Virus record (IMG/VR): IMGVR_UViG_3300034027_000007
Coordinates: 1-55,413 of that record
Source of the DNA: a virus
Taxonomy: Duplodnaviria > Caudoviricetes
Length of the DNA: 55,413 bases
Direction: 5' to 3' (one strand)
A program made the translations under genes and the position numbers. Shown here one piece after another: positions 26,221-37,000 of the stretch. Each line of letters starts with the position of its first letter. Position 1 is the first letter of the stretch. Below the pieces are notes generated by a model. It made no database searches, was not told where the DNA came from, and worked only from the letters and a program-made list of their open reading frames with translations.

Positions 26221-26928
26221 ATGTCAAACACAGATCCAGTAATGCCAGCGAGTGCAACCAACCCGTTAATAGTTGCTGCCTTTCAGCGGCTAAAACAACA
26301 CAATCCCGACTATTTAGAAGCGATCGAACTGCGACCGACTGGTAGCCAGTGGCGGCGGTGGAAGTGCGATCCAAAAAAAGCCAGCCCCAATTTAGAGATG
26401 CTGAGGCAACCGACCTCGAAACAGTGGCGGCGATGGTGCTGTCGGTGGGAGCGCCGCGCCACTTGGGAAGAGTTGGCGGCGCTGCCGTGGCAGATGTTGC
26501 CGAGCAGCGAAAGAGTAGAAGGGGTACACCGCATCGAGTGTATGTATTACCGCTGCACCAGCGGATTAGACGCGACAGCCACAGAGCACATCAAACTCTT
26601 GTCAGAGTTTGATAATTTTGATGACATCTACATACACGAAGGCCCGCACGGGGTAGAGCTACTTTCGCACTTAGTAGAGGAAACCTACACCGAGGAAGCC
26701 TGGTTAATTCTCGGGCCTCTATCTCTCGCCTCAGACAGCGAGAGCAATGATTTGATAGTTTATACTGCTTATCCCGGCCGGATGGCTTGCACAGTTACAC
26801 ATCACCCGCTTTGGGATGGAACGGCTACTTGCCTGCCTGCGATCGCAAAAACTAATATTCCGATCGCGGTTAAAGGGGTCAACGCACCCGCACCGATTCG
26901 CTTACCAGACTTTTTAAAACGTGCTTAA
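26221..26928 (+). CDS. Hypothetical moron-like protein with duplicated PTxxQWRRWxC motif
   Basis: Own promoter motif (26185-26212) and terminator; inserted in the head module. Confidence 0.7.
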   Translation: MSNTDPVMPASATNPLIVAAFQRLKQHNPDYLEAIELRPTGSQWRRWKCDPKKASPNLEMLRQPTSKQWRRWCCRWERRATWEELAALPWQMLPSSERVEGVHRIECMYYRCTSGLDATATEHIKLLSEFDNFDDIYIHEGPHGVELLSHLVEETYTEEAWLILGPLSLASDSESNDLIVYTAYPGRMACTVTHHPLWDGTATCLPAIAKTNIPIAVKGVNAPAPIRLPDFLKRA

Positions 26929-26950
26929 CTAGCTCAATAATTTTTGTAAC

Positions 26951-26984
26951 AAAAACTCTCTGATTTGATCGTCAGGGGGTTTTT
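26951..26984 (+). terminator. Intrinsic terminator
   Basis: AAAAACTCTCTGA-loop-TCAGGGGGTTTTT. Confidence 0.7.
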
Positions 26985-27112
26985 GTGTATGCTGAAGGTG
27001 TTGCCGTTCCGGTTTTGCATAATCGTGCTGGTAGGGTATACAGGCCAGCCAGACTGGATCGGCGAGATGCCAAAAGGACAGAGCGCGAGCTCAGCACACT
27101 TCAATAGTCTTT

Positions 27113-27595
27113 ATGGCAAAAATAACAGCCGTCTCCTTTGGGCAAATGCCGCCCGATTTTATAGCCGAAGGCATAGGCTCTGGTACAGATTGCTTACTTC
27201 CCGGTGGCGTTCCGATCGATGTTGCAACAGTGCCAACTGTATCCGGCCCCAACGGCATCGCAATTAAAACTTTAGCAGCCGGATCGATTGTCAACAGAAT
27301 TGCGTCAGTCCGACAAAATTATGGGCCTTTTAAAGTTTGGCCCCCTGCATCGGGTACACCAGAAGCGCTGATCGATTTTTATTTGGTTGCTTTTACAGTG
27401 ACGGATATTGAGGGCCTCAGCTTAACCCCTCAAACGTTGTTAAGTAGTGGCGATCCGGGTTGCAACGTACTTCGCCCCGGTACATTGATCTATGAGGATA
27501 GGCTACCCCCCTATTTTGCTTTGTTGGCTGAAACCGACAAGGAAAAAATTAGAGACAAATATCCTATGCTCTTAGCTCGGAGGGTTGTACTATGA
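27113..27595 (+). CDS. Putative head decoration protein
   Basis: LLPGGVPID...LRPGTLIYEDRLP; immediately upstream of and overlapping the major capsid gene. Confidence 0.65.
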   Translation: MAKITAVSFGQMPPDFIAEGIGSGTDCLLPGGVPIDVATVPTVSGPNGIAIKTLAAGSIVNRIASVRQNYGPFKVWPPASGTPEALIDFYLVAFTVTDIEGLSLTPQTLLSSGDPGCNVLRPGTLIYEDRLPPYFALLAETDKEKIRDKYPMLLARRVVL

Positions 27596-28788
27596 ATGTA
27601 ACAACGATCCGAGAGCTAGTTACCTGGATGGATACTTCCGGGCAATTTGAGGCGCTTTCTTCCTCGAATATGAGCCAATTTGGGACACCTCAAGAACCAA
27701 TGCTCGGAGCTACAATTTTGCCCGAAAGGCAAGATTTAGAAAACGCTTACAACTCAGTTTCACTGGCAATTAATAACGAGATCGGTAACAGTGGAGCCGA
27801 TTACAGTCCTGCTCAAAAAAACAAGGCACTAGGCGATTATAGCTTCCTAGTTAAACTAGGAAAATTGGACGCTGCAAGCGACTTGAACGGCCCCGAATTA
27901 GAGCGCATCATCCACTATTTAGAGCGGCGCTTGCCAACCCGAGATCCGCTCCTGTCAGCTTCTGAAATCTTGGCTCGATGGTTCGATCGCGGCGTTTTGC
28001 ACTCTCTGGCACAAGTCATGGAGCAGCAGCGCTGGCAGGCTATTGTTGACGGGCAAGTGAAGCGGCGCGGCTCAAATGGCTATGCTGAGAACGTTGACTA
28101 TCCATACGGAACATCGCACCAAATAACCACGGTTCCGAGCGGTACGCTCGCAGCCCCTGCGGGTTGGTACGATCAGAATATGGCCACGGCGTACAACCCC
28201 ATGCTCGACCTACTGGCTATCAAGCAGCGGTTTGCCGATCGCGGTTTCAAGTTGCGCCGGATAATCAGCAAGAGTGCAATCAGGACGGTATTTTTTAACA
28301 ACGGCAAAACCAGACAAAACGCTCTGCCGCTGAACATTTTGCCGCTAACTACCAGTCAAGTCCCCAGCGAGCGCGATATACAAGCGATGCTCGATCGGTA
28401 CGAGCTACCGCCGTGGGAAGTCTACAATTCGGGGTTTAAATACCGCGATCCGAACAATGCCGATCAGCTAAAATTCTCAGCTTATCTCGACCGTCAAGGG
28501 TTCGATCCTATTATTTTTCTGGCTACAACAACGCTAGAGCAACAAATCGAATTAGGGCGAGATCAGGGGATTATGTACCTGCCTAGCACCCTAGGTAATT
28601 TTGTCTTGGGTCGCAACTTGGGACAAATGCGGTTAGGTAAGGTTCCCAAATTGATTGTGCGCGATGAAAAATACCCATACTCAATATATGGGGAAATAGT
28701 CGCCACAGGCTTGCCAGTAATTGAAGCGGAAGTGCTAGCAATGGGCAATCCGATAGCTATCTTAAAAGTACCCAAACCCACGCCATAA
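27592..28788 (+). CDS. Major capsid protein (lambda gpE-like)
   Basis: 398 aa; GATILPER, EQQRWQAIVDG, VDYP, ATGLPVI motifs typical of this capsid family. Confidence 0.85.
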   Translation: MNVTTIRELVTWMDTSGQFEALSSSNMSQFGTPQEPMLGATILPERQDLENAYNSVSLAINNEIGNSGADYSPAQKNKALGDYSFLVKLGKLDAASDLNGPELERIIHYLERRLPTRDPLLSASEILARWFDRGVLHSLAQVMEQQRWQAIVDGQVKRRGSNGYAENVDYPYGTSHQITTVPSGTLAAPAGWYDQNMATAYNPMLDLLAIKQRFADRGFKLRRIISKSAIRTVFFNNGKTRQNALPLNILPLTTSQVPSERDIQAMLDRYELPPWEVYNSGFKYRDPNNADQLKFSAYLDRQGFDPIIFLATTTLEQQIELGRDQGIMYLPSTLGNFVLGRNLGQMRLGKVPKLIVRDEKYPYSIYGEIVATGLPVIEAEVLAMGNPIAILKVPKPTP

Positions 28789-28793
28789 ACGCT

Positions 28794-29051
28794 ATGAAAA
28801 CAGAGGAAGAATTGCAAGATACAGCAGAACAAGCAGAAGAAGCAACCGAGCCAAAAACTGCTAATTTTCGCTGTTTGACTACCTTTATGGTACACGGCGT
28901 AATTTACGAGCAAGGATCAGTCTATCCTTTTAAGGAAGAAGACATGGATTTAATTAATCCCGATCATATTCTTGCTGTTGAGCAAATACAAGCTGAGACA
29001 GAAACGCCGCCAAAATCTGCGGTAGGAAACAACAAGAAAAACAGCAAATAA
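28794..29051 (+). CDS. Small head-associated hypothetical protein
   Basis: HGVIYEQG motif; directly follows the capsid gene. Confidence 0.6.
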   Translation: MKTEEELQDTAEQAEEATEPKTANFRCLTTFMVHGVIYEQGSVYPFKEEDMDLINPDHILAVEQIQAETETPPKSAVGNNKKNSK

Positions 29052-29104
29052 TTACCCTTATTAGCTATTAGTAATTAATTAGCACTTTGGGTAATTTGTT
29101 TTAA

Positions 29105-29515
29105 CTACCAAAAAAATTGTTTTAACACCCCTTTGGTGTTAGCTGGCAATCGGCTGCTATCCGGCGTCAATCCTTCTAATTTGTCTATTAGCTGCTGATA
29201 TTCGGCGCAATAAGGATTAACCACCTTTGACGCTTCCTTATCTCCCTTGTATTCGACTTTGTAACCCGCCTCGCGTACCTCAAACGATTTCAAGCCGGCC
29301 GCGCCTAAAAATTCAGGGTTAGCACTCGATAGGGTGCAAGCGAGCAACAGTTCGATCGCTTTGTCTTTAAAAATTTGCCAGCGGGGCCCGAGCAACTGCC
29401 AGTTATAGTCCTCTACTGCTGCTATTGCATCGGGTAAATGCAGGTTAAATTGTGTTTCTGGCAAGGTTCCAAAAGTCGGATATTTGACCTTAAAGTTAGC
29501 AAAGGTTACAGGCAT
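29105..29515 (-). CDS. Head-tail adaptor-like protein (DUF4054-like), inverted orientation
   Basis: FKVKYPTF..LPDA..AIELLLACTL..NPYCAEYQQLI. Confidence 0.65.
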   Translation of the reverse strand: MPVTFANFKVKYPTFGTLPETQFNLHLPDAIAAVEDYNWQLLGPRWQIFKDKAIELLLACTLSSANPEFLGAAGLKSFEVREAGYKVEYKGDKEASKVVNPYCAEYQQLIDKLEGLTPDSSRLPANTKGVLKQFFW

Positions 29516-29975
29516 GAGTGACACCTACTTAGATAGTTTGATTGTATCAACTATGAAATCTATACCCGGTTATTTTCAACCGGAGACTTTTGAACATAGC
29601 ACAATCAAATTTAAAATCAACGGAACCCCTACCGGGACAGATTCGAGAGGTAATCCAATTTATGCCACAACCGAGCTAACAGTTAAAACAATTCTGTACA
29701 AAAAACCCAGAATTAACAAGGTTATTCAAAAGTTAGATAAGGTTGCAAGCTTTGACATTTACGAAGGCAACATCATTGAACCTGCGAACGCTTTAGAGGT
29801 GTTACAACGCGAGATATCCAACGCTGAGGGGGAAATTTCAGGGGATGCCATAATTAACGGCGTATCTGGCAAAGCTCGGTTAGTGTCGATAGGTAAAGGC
29901 TATTTAAAGCCGTACAACCGCCACTTAGGGCGAGTGATTCAGTTAGAGTTTATCGGGGGTAAATTGAATGTCTAA
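29484..29975 (+). CDS. Putative head closure protein (start probably 29514 or 29553)
   Basis: TDSRGNPIY motif; position before the neck genes. Confidence 0.55.
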   Translation: MTLKLAKVTGMSDTYLDSLIVSTMKSIPGYFQPETFEHSTIKFKINGTPTGTDSRGNPIYATTELTVKTILYKKPRINKVIQKLDKVASFDIYEGNIIEPANALEVLQREISNAEGEISGDAIINGVSGKARLVSIGKGYLKPYNRHLGRVIQLEFIGGKLNV

Positions 29976-30399
29976 AAGCCGAATAAAGCTAACTGTTGAC
30001 AATTCGGATCTACGAAAGATGACGGCGGGCCTCGTTGGTCGCGCTTCCGATTTTTCGGGGCCCCTGCGAGCTACTCGCAATTTACTTGAGGTAAAAATTG
30101 CTCGACAATTTGCCCAAGAAGTAGATCCGGACGGGCGACCGTGGCAGCAATTAAGCTCTGATTATTTGAAAGTTAAACAGGGCGGATCTATCCTAGTAAA
30201 AACTGGCGAGCTTAGGGACAGTTTTACCTTTAGCCTAGATAAAAACAGCCTAAGTGTAATGTCGAGTTCTAAGGTATTCGACAAACACGATCAGGGGTTG
30301 GACGGGATGCCGCAGAGAGAAATTTTGGGGCTAAGTGCAGAAGATAAAAACGAGATAGCGGGGCTGACGCGCCGCTACATTATGGGGCGCAAGCGATGA
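29968..30399 (+). CDS. Phage virion morphogenesis protein (Mu gpG/P2 gpS-like)
   Basis: FAQEVDPDGRPWQQLS..ILVKTGELRDS..HDQG..MPQREILGLS. Confidence 0.9.
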   Translation: MSKSRIKLTVDNSDLRKMTAGLVGRASDFSGPLRATRNLLEVKIARQFAQEVDPDGRPWQQLSSDYLKVKQGGSILVKTGELRDSFTFSLDKNSLSVMSSSKVFDKHDQGLDGMPQREILGLSAEDKNEIAGLTRRYIMGRKR

Positions 30400-30920
30400 A
30401 AACATTCTCAGAATATGAGGTAGATATTTCCGAAAGATTAGCGCCTCTGCGGGCGATTTTAGCGCAAGGAAACATCCCGATCGCATCTTTACCTCGGGAG
30501 GCGGCTAAATACACTCAGAGGTATCCGGGAAGCCTGCGGGTGATTGTCGGTCACTCCTATCGGGGCGGTAAGGTGTCGATGGGTTCTCAAGAGGTTGAAA
30601 TTGACGCCACAGTCATCATCAGGCTAGCCGATCGCTATGAAGACCAACCGCCGCCCGTACCGCCTACGCCGGCCTTTATCAGAAAGGCGGCAGTTGATTG
30701 GGTAGAAGATGAAACCCGCAAACTCCTGCTCGGTTTTCTGCTGCCTTCCGCTGCTAGCGAATTAAAAATCAGACAAGCGCAACTGCTGCCACCAGAGGAG
30801 GGGGAATGGCAGAAAGAAATCACGTTTTCATTCTGGGATCATTTCGATTACATAAGGGAGGAAACACCGACGCTCGATACTGCTGAAATTCGACAAGTTA
30901 AGTTTACAATTGGGGGTTAA
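30396..30920 (+). CDS. Putative tail terminator (Mu gp37-like)
   Basis: Position before sheath; LLLGFLLP..EEGEWQKEITF. Confidence 0.55.
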   Translation: MKTFSEYEVDISERLAPLRAILAQGNIPIASLPREAAKYTQRYPGSLRVIVGHSYRGGKVSMGSQEVEIDATVIIRLADRYEDQPPPVPPTPAFIRKAAVDWVEDETRKLLLGFLLPSAASELKIRQAQLLPPEEGEWQKEITFSFWDHFDYIREETPTLDTAEIRQVKFTIGG

Positions 30921-31167
30921 TGTGACTGTTTATATCTATCGCGATAAATTGCACGATTCTGTTTTTATACAGGGCAAAACTTACGATCTTAACCCTGATT
31001 CGAGTATAGATTTGGATGAAGACGCCGAAAAAGAACCATATTTTAAACGTTTAATTGCACTGGGTTTATTGACAAATGTAAACACTATGGAAGTGCAATT
31101 AAGCGAACAAAATGAGTCAGGGCAAACCAAATCAAAATCACAGTCCAAAACGTCAACTAAGGGATAA
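30910..31167 (+). CDS. Small hypothetical protein preceding the sheath gene
   Basis: PYFKRLIALGLL motif; operon context. Confidence 0.6.
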   Translation: MGVNVTVYIYRDKLHDSVFIQGKTYDLNPDSSIDLDEDAEKEPYFKRLIALGLLTNVNTMEVQLSEQNESGQTKSKSQSKTSTKG

Positions 31168-31173
31168 AACAAA

Positions 31174-32541
31174 ATGACAATAGCCACAGGTTTAGCTTAT
31201 GAAGAAGGGCGCAGAATTAATATTAGTGACAGCAATGCTGTTATAGCAATTGTCGGCACGGCTGCCGAAGGGTTCAACCTTAATAAGCCAACACTAATAA
31301 AAACTTCAACGCAAGCTATTACCCAATTTGGAATGCCAACACCGGGTGCAACAATTCCCGAAGCTTTAGCCTGTGCTTACGAAAAATACGGGCAAATAAG
31401 CTTTATAGTTGTTAACGTAGCAGCGGCGGCGGTTGCTGCTGTTGCGCCTAATTTACGCAGTTTTGACGCTCAGGACAGAATACAATTACCCCATGCCTCA
31501 ATAACTGGATTAGTGGTCAAAAACGCGAGTGGTACTACCACTTATGTAGCCGGAACTGATTACACCGTAAATAATTTTACGGGAATAATTACCAGAAAAG
31601 GGACGGCAATTCCCAGGACGGATCAGGTTTTAGTTAACTACAATAGACCAGATTTTGTGGCTGTAACCGCCCCTAACATTGTTGGAGGGGTAAACGCAAC
31701 GACCGGAAAGCGAGAGGGTTTAGAAGCGCTTATCGAGGCTGAATTTCTTGATATTACTAATACTAATATCAGCATAATCATTACCCCTGGATACTCGCAA
31801 TTGCCAACAGTAGCCGACAAATTAAAAGAAATTGGCGCTAAATTGCGGGCTGTTTACTGCTTGGACGCACCAGCAAGTGCAACAATAGACGAAGTTTTGG
31901 CGGGTCGGAATTCTGCCGCCGCTCCCGTCGCACATTTTGCAACAAGAGACACGCGGGCAATATTGTGTTACCCAAACCCGATTACAGAGAAAGGCGAGCA
32001 ATGGTTTTCGATTCACGTAGCTTGTGCAATGGCAATTGCACCAGAATGGAAAGCGCCAACAAATAACCCATTGAGGGGGGTTATAGGTTGGAAAACGCCG
32101 CTACTAACCTCGCCAAGCGATGAAAACGCGGATAACAGCCGTTTAAATAAAGCTGGCATTGTTACTCACCTCAATCGGAACGGTTTAGACATTGTTATCT
32201 GGGGTCACTTTAACGGCTCTTATCCCGAGGTTGCTGTTGAGAAATACGGACTCGATCGAATTCACATTATCCGAATAATTGACTCGGTATACAACCAACT
32301 AAATCAAGAATTGAGCCGATTTAACGGTCAAAGGTTGGGTGTAAATTGGGATGGAGCGAGTGCAACGATCGAGGCAAGCGTATCTCAAAAACTCAGAAAC
32401 AATCAAAACATAGACGGCGCAAATATTACTTGGCTACGAGAAGATTCTGATTTAACTAAGCGGTTGCTTGCTTTTAAATTAGAGATTAGAGTACCTGATG
32501 CGCTCGATATCATTGTGACTGTTTTAGAGTTTGTAATTTAA
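31174..32541 (+). CDS. Contractile tail sheath protein
   Basis: VIAIVGTA, FG..ATIPEAL, GKREGLEAL, IIITPGYS, LDAP, RAILCYP, LNKAGIVT, IVIWG. Confidence 0.92.
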   Translation: MTIATGLAYEEGRRINISDSNAVIAIVGTAAEGFNLNKPTLIKTSTQAITQFGMPTPGATIPEALACAYEKYGQISFIVVNVAAAAVAAVAPNLRSFDAQDRIQLPHASITGLVVKNASGTTTYVAGTDYTVNNFTGIITRKGTAIPRTDQVLVNYNRPDFVAVTAPNIVGGVNATTGKREGLEALIEAEFLDITNTNISIIITPGYSQLPTVADKLKEIGAKLRAVYCLDAPASATIDEVLAGRNSAAAPVAHFATRDTRAILCYPNPITEKGEQWFSIHVACAMAIAPEWKAPTNNPLRGVIGWKTPLLTSPSDENADNSRLNKAGIVTHLNRNGLDIVIWGHFNGSYPEVAVEKYGLDRIHIIRIIDSVYNQLNQELSRFNGQRLGVNWDGASATIEASVSQKLRNNQNIDGANITWLREDSDLTKRLLAFKLEIRVPDALDIIVTVLEFVI

Positions 32542-32563
32542 GCCATTAAAAGGAGTTTAAAGG

Positions 32564-33070
32564 ATGCCTCGCGAGTTTTTAAGTACAGCAGAAATTTACC
32601 TAGTAAATGAAGCTAGCGTCGATCCGCAAAGTGGAAATTTTGCTAACGCGGCACAGATTCACGTCCCTTTGTACGCATCAAATGTTACAATCCCTTTTTC
32701 GATGTCTACCGAAGACATTAAGTTTCTAGGGACTAACGGGAGTTACACGCAGGTTATGGGCCCGGAACCTACCCGCTTAGAAATGAACATCACATCATGG
32801 ACAGTTCAATTCTTAAAAGCAATTTTGGGAAGGGATGAAAACAACCGAGTATTTAGTAAATACGTCACTTTTCTGATACAAGCTAAAAAGCAAGAACAGG
32901 GAAGCAACGACCGAAAAAACGTGCAGTTTATTGTGTTTGGGCGGTTTATTGAAGGCGATTTGCTTTCATTAGAAGCCGGAGCGGCGCAAAGCACTGACTA
33001 TACGTTTAGTGCTGAATACATAACCATCAAGACTGAGAACGAATCGCTCGTGTACAACTTAGTAGGATAA
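32564..33070 (+). CDS. Tail tube protein
   Basis: 168 aa, AAGGAG RBS, directly after sheath, beta-rich. Confidence 0.75.
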   Translation: MPREFLSTAEIYLVNEASVDPQSGNFANAAQIHVPLYASNVTIPFSMSTEDIKFLGTNGSYTQVMGPEPTRLEMNITSWTVQFLKAILGRDENNRVFSKYVTFLIQAKKQEQGSNDRKNVQFIVFGRFIEGDLLSLEAGAAQSTDYTFSAEYITIKTENESLVYNLVG

Positions 33071-33083
33071 ACAAGGTTAAATC

Positions 33084-33839
33084 ATGACAACAACAACGAC
33101 TAAACCAAAAACAGCAACAGCACCCGCACCCGCACACACAACAGAAACACCTACAGAAACAGCAATTGAGGTAATAGACAATCAAGCAGCTATCATCCCA
33201 GAAATTGACGGTTTAGAAGATGAAGAAATAGGGGAAGCGGTACTTAAACAGTTTGTACCGGGTAGTATTTTTTACGACTACCAAACCATCTTAAAAAACA
33301 AGAAAAGAGAAGCAAAAACACCAGCCGAAACGATGCGAGCCGTCTATGAGGCACAAGTCTGGTTATTGTGCCAAGTCTACGAACTGTTAGAGCCGGACGG
33401 TAAAAAACGGCCGCTAGGTTTAGAGGACGTGTCTTTTATGGGAGGCGAACAGCTTGCCGGAGCCGTTGGCGGATTAATGACGGTCGATTTGACTGTTAAT
33501 TTTTTAGACCAAAAAAACAGTCTCGAAACTAGCTGGCACTTTGAAGTAGTAGAGACAGGGCAACGCTTCCGCGTTAAGAAATTAAGCGTAGAAAAAGGCA
33601 TTGAAGTACAGTCTAAAAGTTCGGAAGATCCATCGGGAATCGAGCTAAATAAATGGCTAATAACTGAACGAATAACGCTAAACGGCGAGCCAATCACAAT
33701 GGAGATGTTTGAAGAAGTATTAAATTTTGAGGTGACAGTATTACTGTCAAATAAAATAAATTTTTTGTTAACGCAATCCCTACCAGAGAAGACATCCTTT
33801 GCTATACGCGGTTCACGAAGTGGACGTACTCAGACATAA
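33084..33839 (+). CDS. Tail assembly chaperone (gpE-like)
   Basis: Between tube and tape measure; TTTTTTG slippery site at 33761-33767. Confidence 0.75.
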   Translation: MTTTTTKPKTATAPAPAHTTETPTETAIEVIDNQAAIIPEIDGLEDEEIGEAVLKQFVPGSIFYDYQTILKNKKREAKTPAETMRAVYEAQVWLLCQVYELLEPDGKKRPLGLEDVSFMGGEQLAGAVGGLMTVDLTVNFLDQKNSLETSWHFEVVETGQRFRVKKLSVEKGIEVQSKSSEDPSGIELNKWLITERITLNGEPITMEMFEEVLNFEVTVLLSNKINFLLTQSLPEKTSFAIRGSRSGRTQT

Positions 33840-33931
33840 AGGATATGGATTGCGATGAATTTCAAAAATGGGTATCTACAGCCGTTAACCTAATCGAGAA
33901 AGAAATTGCAGCCCAAAAACATCAAAAATAA
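33764..33931 (+). CDS. -1 frameshift extension of the tail chaperone (gpE'-like)
   Basis: Open -1 frame FVNAIPTREDILCYTRFTKWTYSDIKDMDCDEFQKWV...; W-x2-S-x-I-x2-M-x3-E-x3-W pattern. Confidence 0.75.
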   Translation, partial: FVNAIPTREDILCYTRFTKWTYSDIKDMDCDEFQKWVSTAVNLIEKEIAAQKHQK

Positions 33932-34005
33932 AAGCCGCCCGCGTTAGTCGAAACGGGCGGCTCGTGCTTCATGGTCATGCCCAATTATAAGCCAATAAAT
34001 TTTAG

Positions 34006-37000
34006 ATGGCCGAATCGCGAGTAAAGATTTTTATAACTGCTATTGATGAAGCGAGCCAAACGTTTTCTAACGTTATGGACAGTAGTGAATCAATGGCAGC
34101 TAGACTCTCGCGGACGGGCGATACTCTGGGCGAATTGGGACAGCTTGCCTCGGACTTCACAGAACCTCTGGCTAAGGGTTTAAAAGCCAGTAAGAACGCC
34201 GCGATCGAATTCGAGTCAGGAATGGCCGAAGTGCGGAAAACGACCGGGTTAGGCGCGGTACAAACTGCCGAGCTAGGTAACGAGATTAAAAAACTCTCTC
34301 GAACAATTCCCCTCACCACACAGGAATTAACCGAGATAGGCGTTGCTGCGGGACAAAGCGGCATCGCAATGAACGATATACCAGCCTATATTAAAGACAT
34401 TTCAAAAGCATCCGTTGCACTCGCAGTTGATACAGATAAAGCGGGTTTGGCGTTTGGTAGATTAGCCAACGTTTACGGAATGTCTACTAAAGAAATACCC
34501 AAACTAGCCGCAGCAATTAATGTTTTAGGTGATAGTTCTGTAGCCTCCGAGGCTGAGATTTTAAACGTAATTATGCGGACTGCTGCACTCAGTCGGCAAG
34601 CTAATTTAACAGCTAAAGACAGCGCGGCTCTAGGCGCTTCTTTTGTTAGTTTGGGTATGGCGCCAAATGTTGCAGCCACTGCTATCAATGCACTTTTGAG
34701 TCGCATGACTACCGCAGAAATACAATCGGCTCGCTTCCAAAAGGGGTTAGCAATGATTGGTATGAGCGGGCAAGAATTGCAAAACATGACCTCGAAAAAC
34801 GGGGTACAGGCAATTTTTGCTTTAGGTCAAGCTGTTGATAAATTAGATCCGCAAGCTAGAGCGCAAGCAATCGGGTTGATGTTTGGCGCTGAACATTCCG
34901 ATAATGTTGGGGTATTTCTTGACAGAATGGAAGTTTTTAACAGCGCTTTGGGTAGCGTTGCAAACGACCAGCAAAATGTCAATCGATACAATGAGGTGTT
35001 TGCTACACAGCTAGACACAACCGAATCAAAAATGCAGTTGTTAACTAATTCTTTTCACGAATTAGCAATTGAAATAGGAACGGCTTTACTACCAGGAATT
35101 AAAGCCTTTGCTGCGTTTTTGACCCCAATTATCAACAAAACAACAGAATTCGCCGCCAAACACCCCAACATAGTCAGGCTTGGCTCGGCACTGGCAGGCT
35201 TAGCTATCTCGATCGGGCCCCTCCTGCTCGGACTGTCAGCACTGGCTAAAGCTTGGGGCTTCTTTAGTGCCGGGATACCCATCGTTGCCGCGCTCAGCAA
35301 CCAATTCTTAGGTATTGGCAACCCTATCTCAAAATTCTTGAACTGGCTAGCTAAGGGCAACCAGCGGCTGTTAGGAATGGGAGACGCGGCGCAAGGTATC
35401 AAGCCGCCAGAGGTCGGAGAGCTACCAACCGTTAAGAAGTGTTTGCCTATATGTATATGCCCTGAAATTTGCACCGGATTTGAAACTAAGTTAAAAAGTT
35501 TAGTTGAAAAACTAGATATTTGTATTCCTGTCTGCATTTGTCCAGAAGATGTAAACAAGGGCAAAATAAAAAAACCGACCGAAAAATTAGATACAGAAAC
35601 ACCAACACCAACACCAACACCAGAAAAACCAGTACAAACACAAATTCCGGTTAATGTAGAAACACCAAAACCGGAAGAAAAACCCGCAGAAAAACAGAAT
35701 TTAAGTTTGCCCCAAATTGCGATGCTAGTTGCAGCCCTGGGGGCTGCTGTCGTTGCTGTTCAAAAATTAACTGATAGTAACGCAAGTTTGGGCGAAAAAG
35801 TAGTTAGTGCCGCCACTGCAATCGGTGCGGGCATAGCAGCAAAAAACGTTTTAAATCAGGAGAAAACTGAGCAGCAAAACGCCGCAGAAGTGGCAGCAAT
35901 TCAACAGCAAGCAGCCCAACAGTTAGGCGCGGCGCAAATAGCCAACGCGCAAGAATTAGCCAACGTACAGCGCACAAATCAAGCCGCTGAAATTGCAACA
36001 GCCGACAAAATAGCGGCGGGTAAACTGTTAGCACAACAGGCATCAAATCAACTCGCCAACCAACAGTTAGCGGCGCAACTAGCAGCTCAAAGAGCGGGTG
36101 CGGCAGTCGAGACAGAGAAAACGCGGGCGGTCACGGCGCAACAAGTAGCGGCAACAGCAGCCCAAGCTCAAATCATGCTCGCGGCGCGATCGCAGATGGC
36201 AGCAACTGATATTGCAGCCGCACAAGCGATCGGCGCTCAACAAGTGGCTACAGCCCAACAGGTAGGCGCTCAACAAGCAGCAGCCGCGCAACAAGTCGCA
36301 GCGCAACAAGTGGCTACAGCCCAACAAGTCGCAGGGATTCAGGCAGAAGCCGCACAAAAGGCAGCAGCCGCCGCAGAAGCTAAGGCGAAAGCTGAGGCTG
36401 AGGCAGCAGCCGCCGCACCGCCGCCGCCCCCTCCTGCTAGCTCTGGCGGCGGTGGGATGCTCAAAAATGCTCTGATGCTGGGGGCGGGTGCTTTAGGGTT
36501 GGGCGGTGTTGCCTTTGCTGTGTCTAAAGTTGCGGGCGGGTTGGGCGGCGCTGTTGGTGGCTTGTTCAACGCAACCAAAACAGTAGCCGGGGCGGTCGGT
36601 AAAGTTGCGGGCGGCGTCGGTAAGGTTGGCGGGGCTGTTGGTGGGTTTGTTGAAAAAGGCAATCAAATCTCGCGGGGCGTTGGCGGTGTCGCGGGCGGCG
36701 CGATCGGTACGGGTATCCGTACTTTTCAAGCTGGCAACACTGCGGCACAAGGTATCGGTCAAATTGCGGGTACTGGCATCGGGGGAGCGATTAAGTCGAT
36801 CGGCGCTGTAAACGGTATTGCTAAAGATGCCGGGGCTTCTATCGGGCAAGCGCTCGGCAGTGCCATCAAAGGTACTCAATCCCTAAGCGCGGCGGCTAAC
36901 TCGGCAGGCAGCGGTATCGCCGGGGCTTTCAGCAAGGCCGGCAACACCATCGCGGGTTCTGTGGCTCGCGTCGGTACTGTTACCAACAGCGCCGCCGCAA

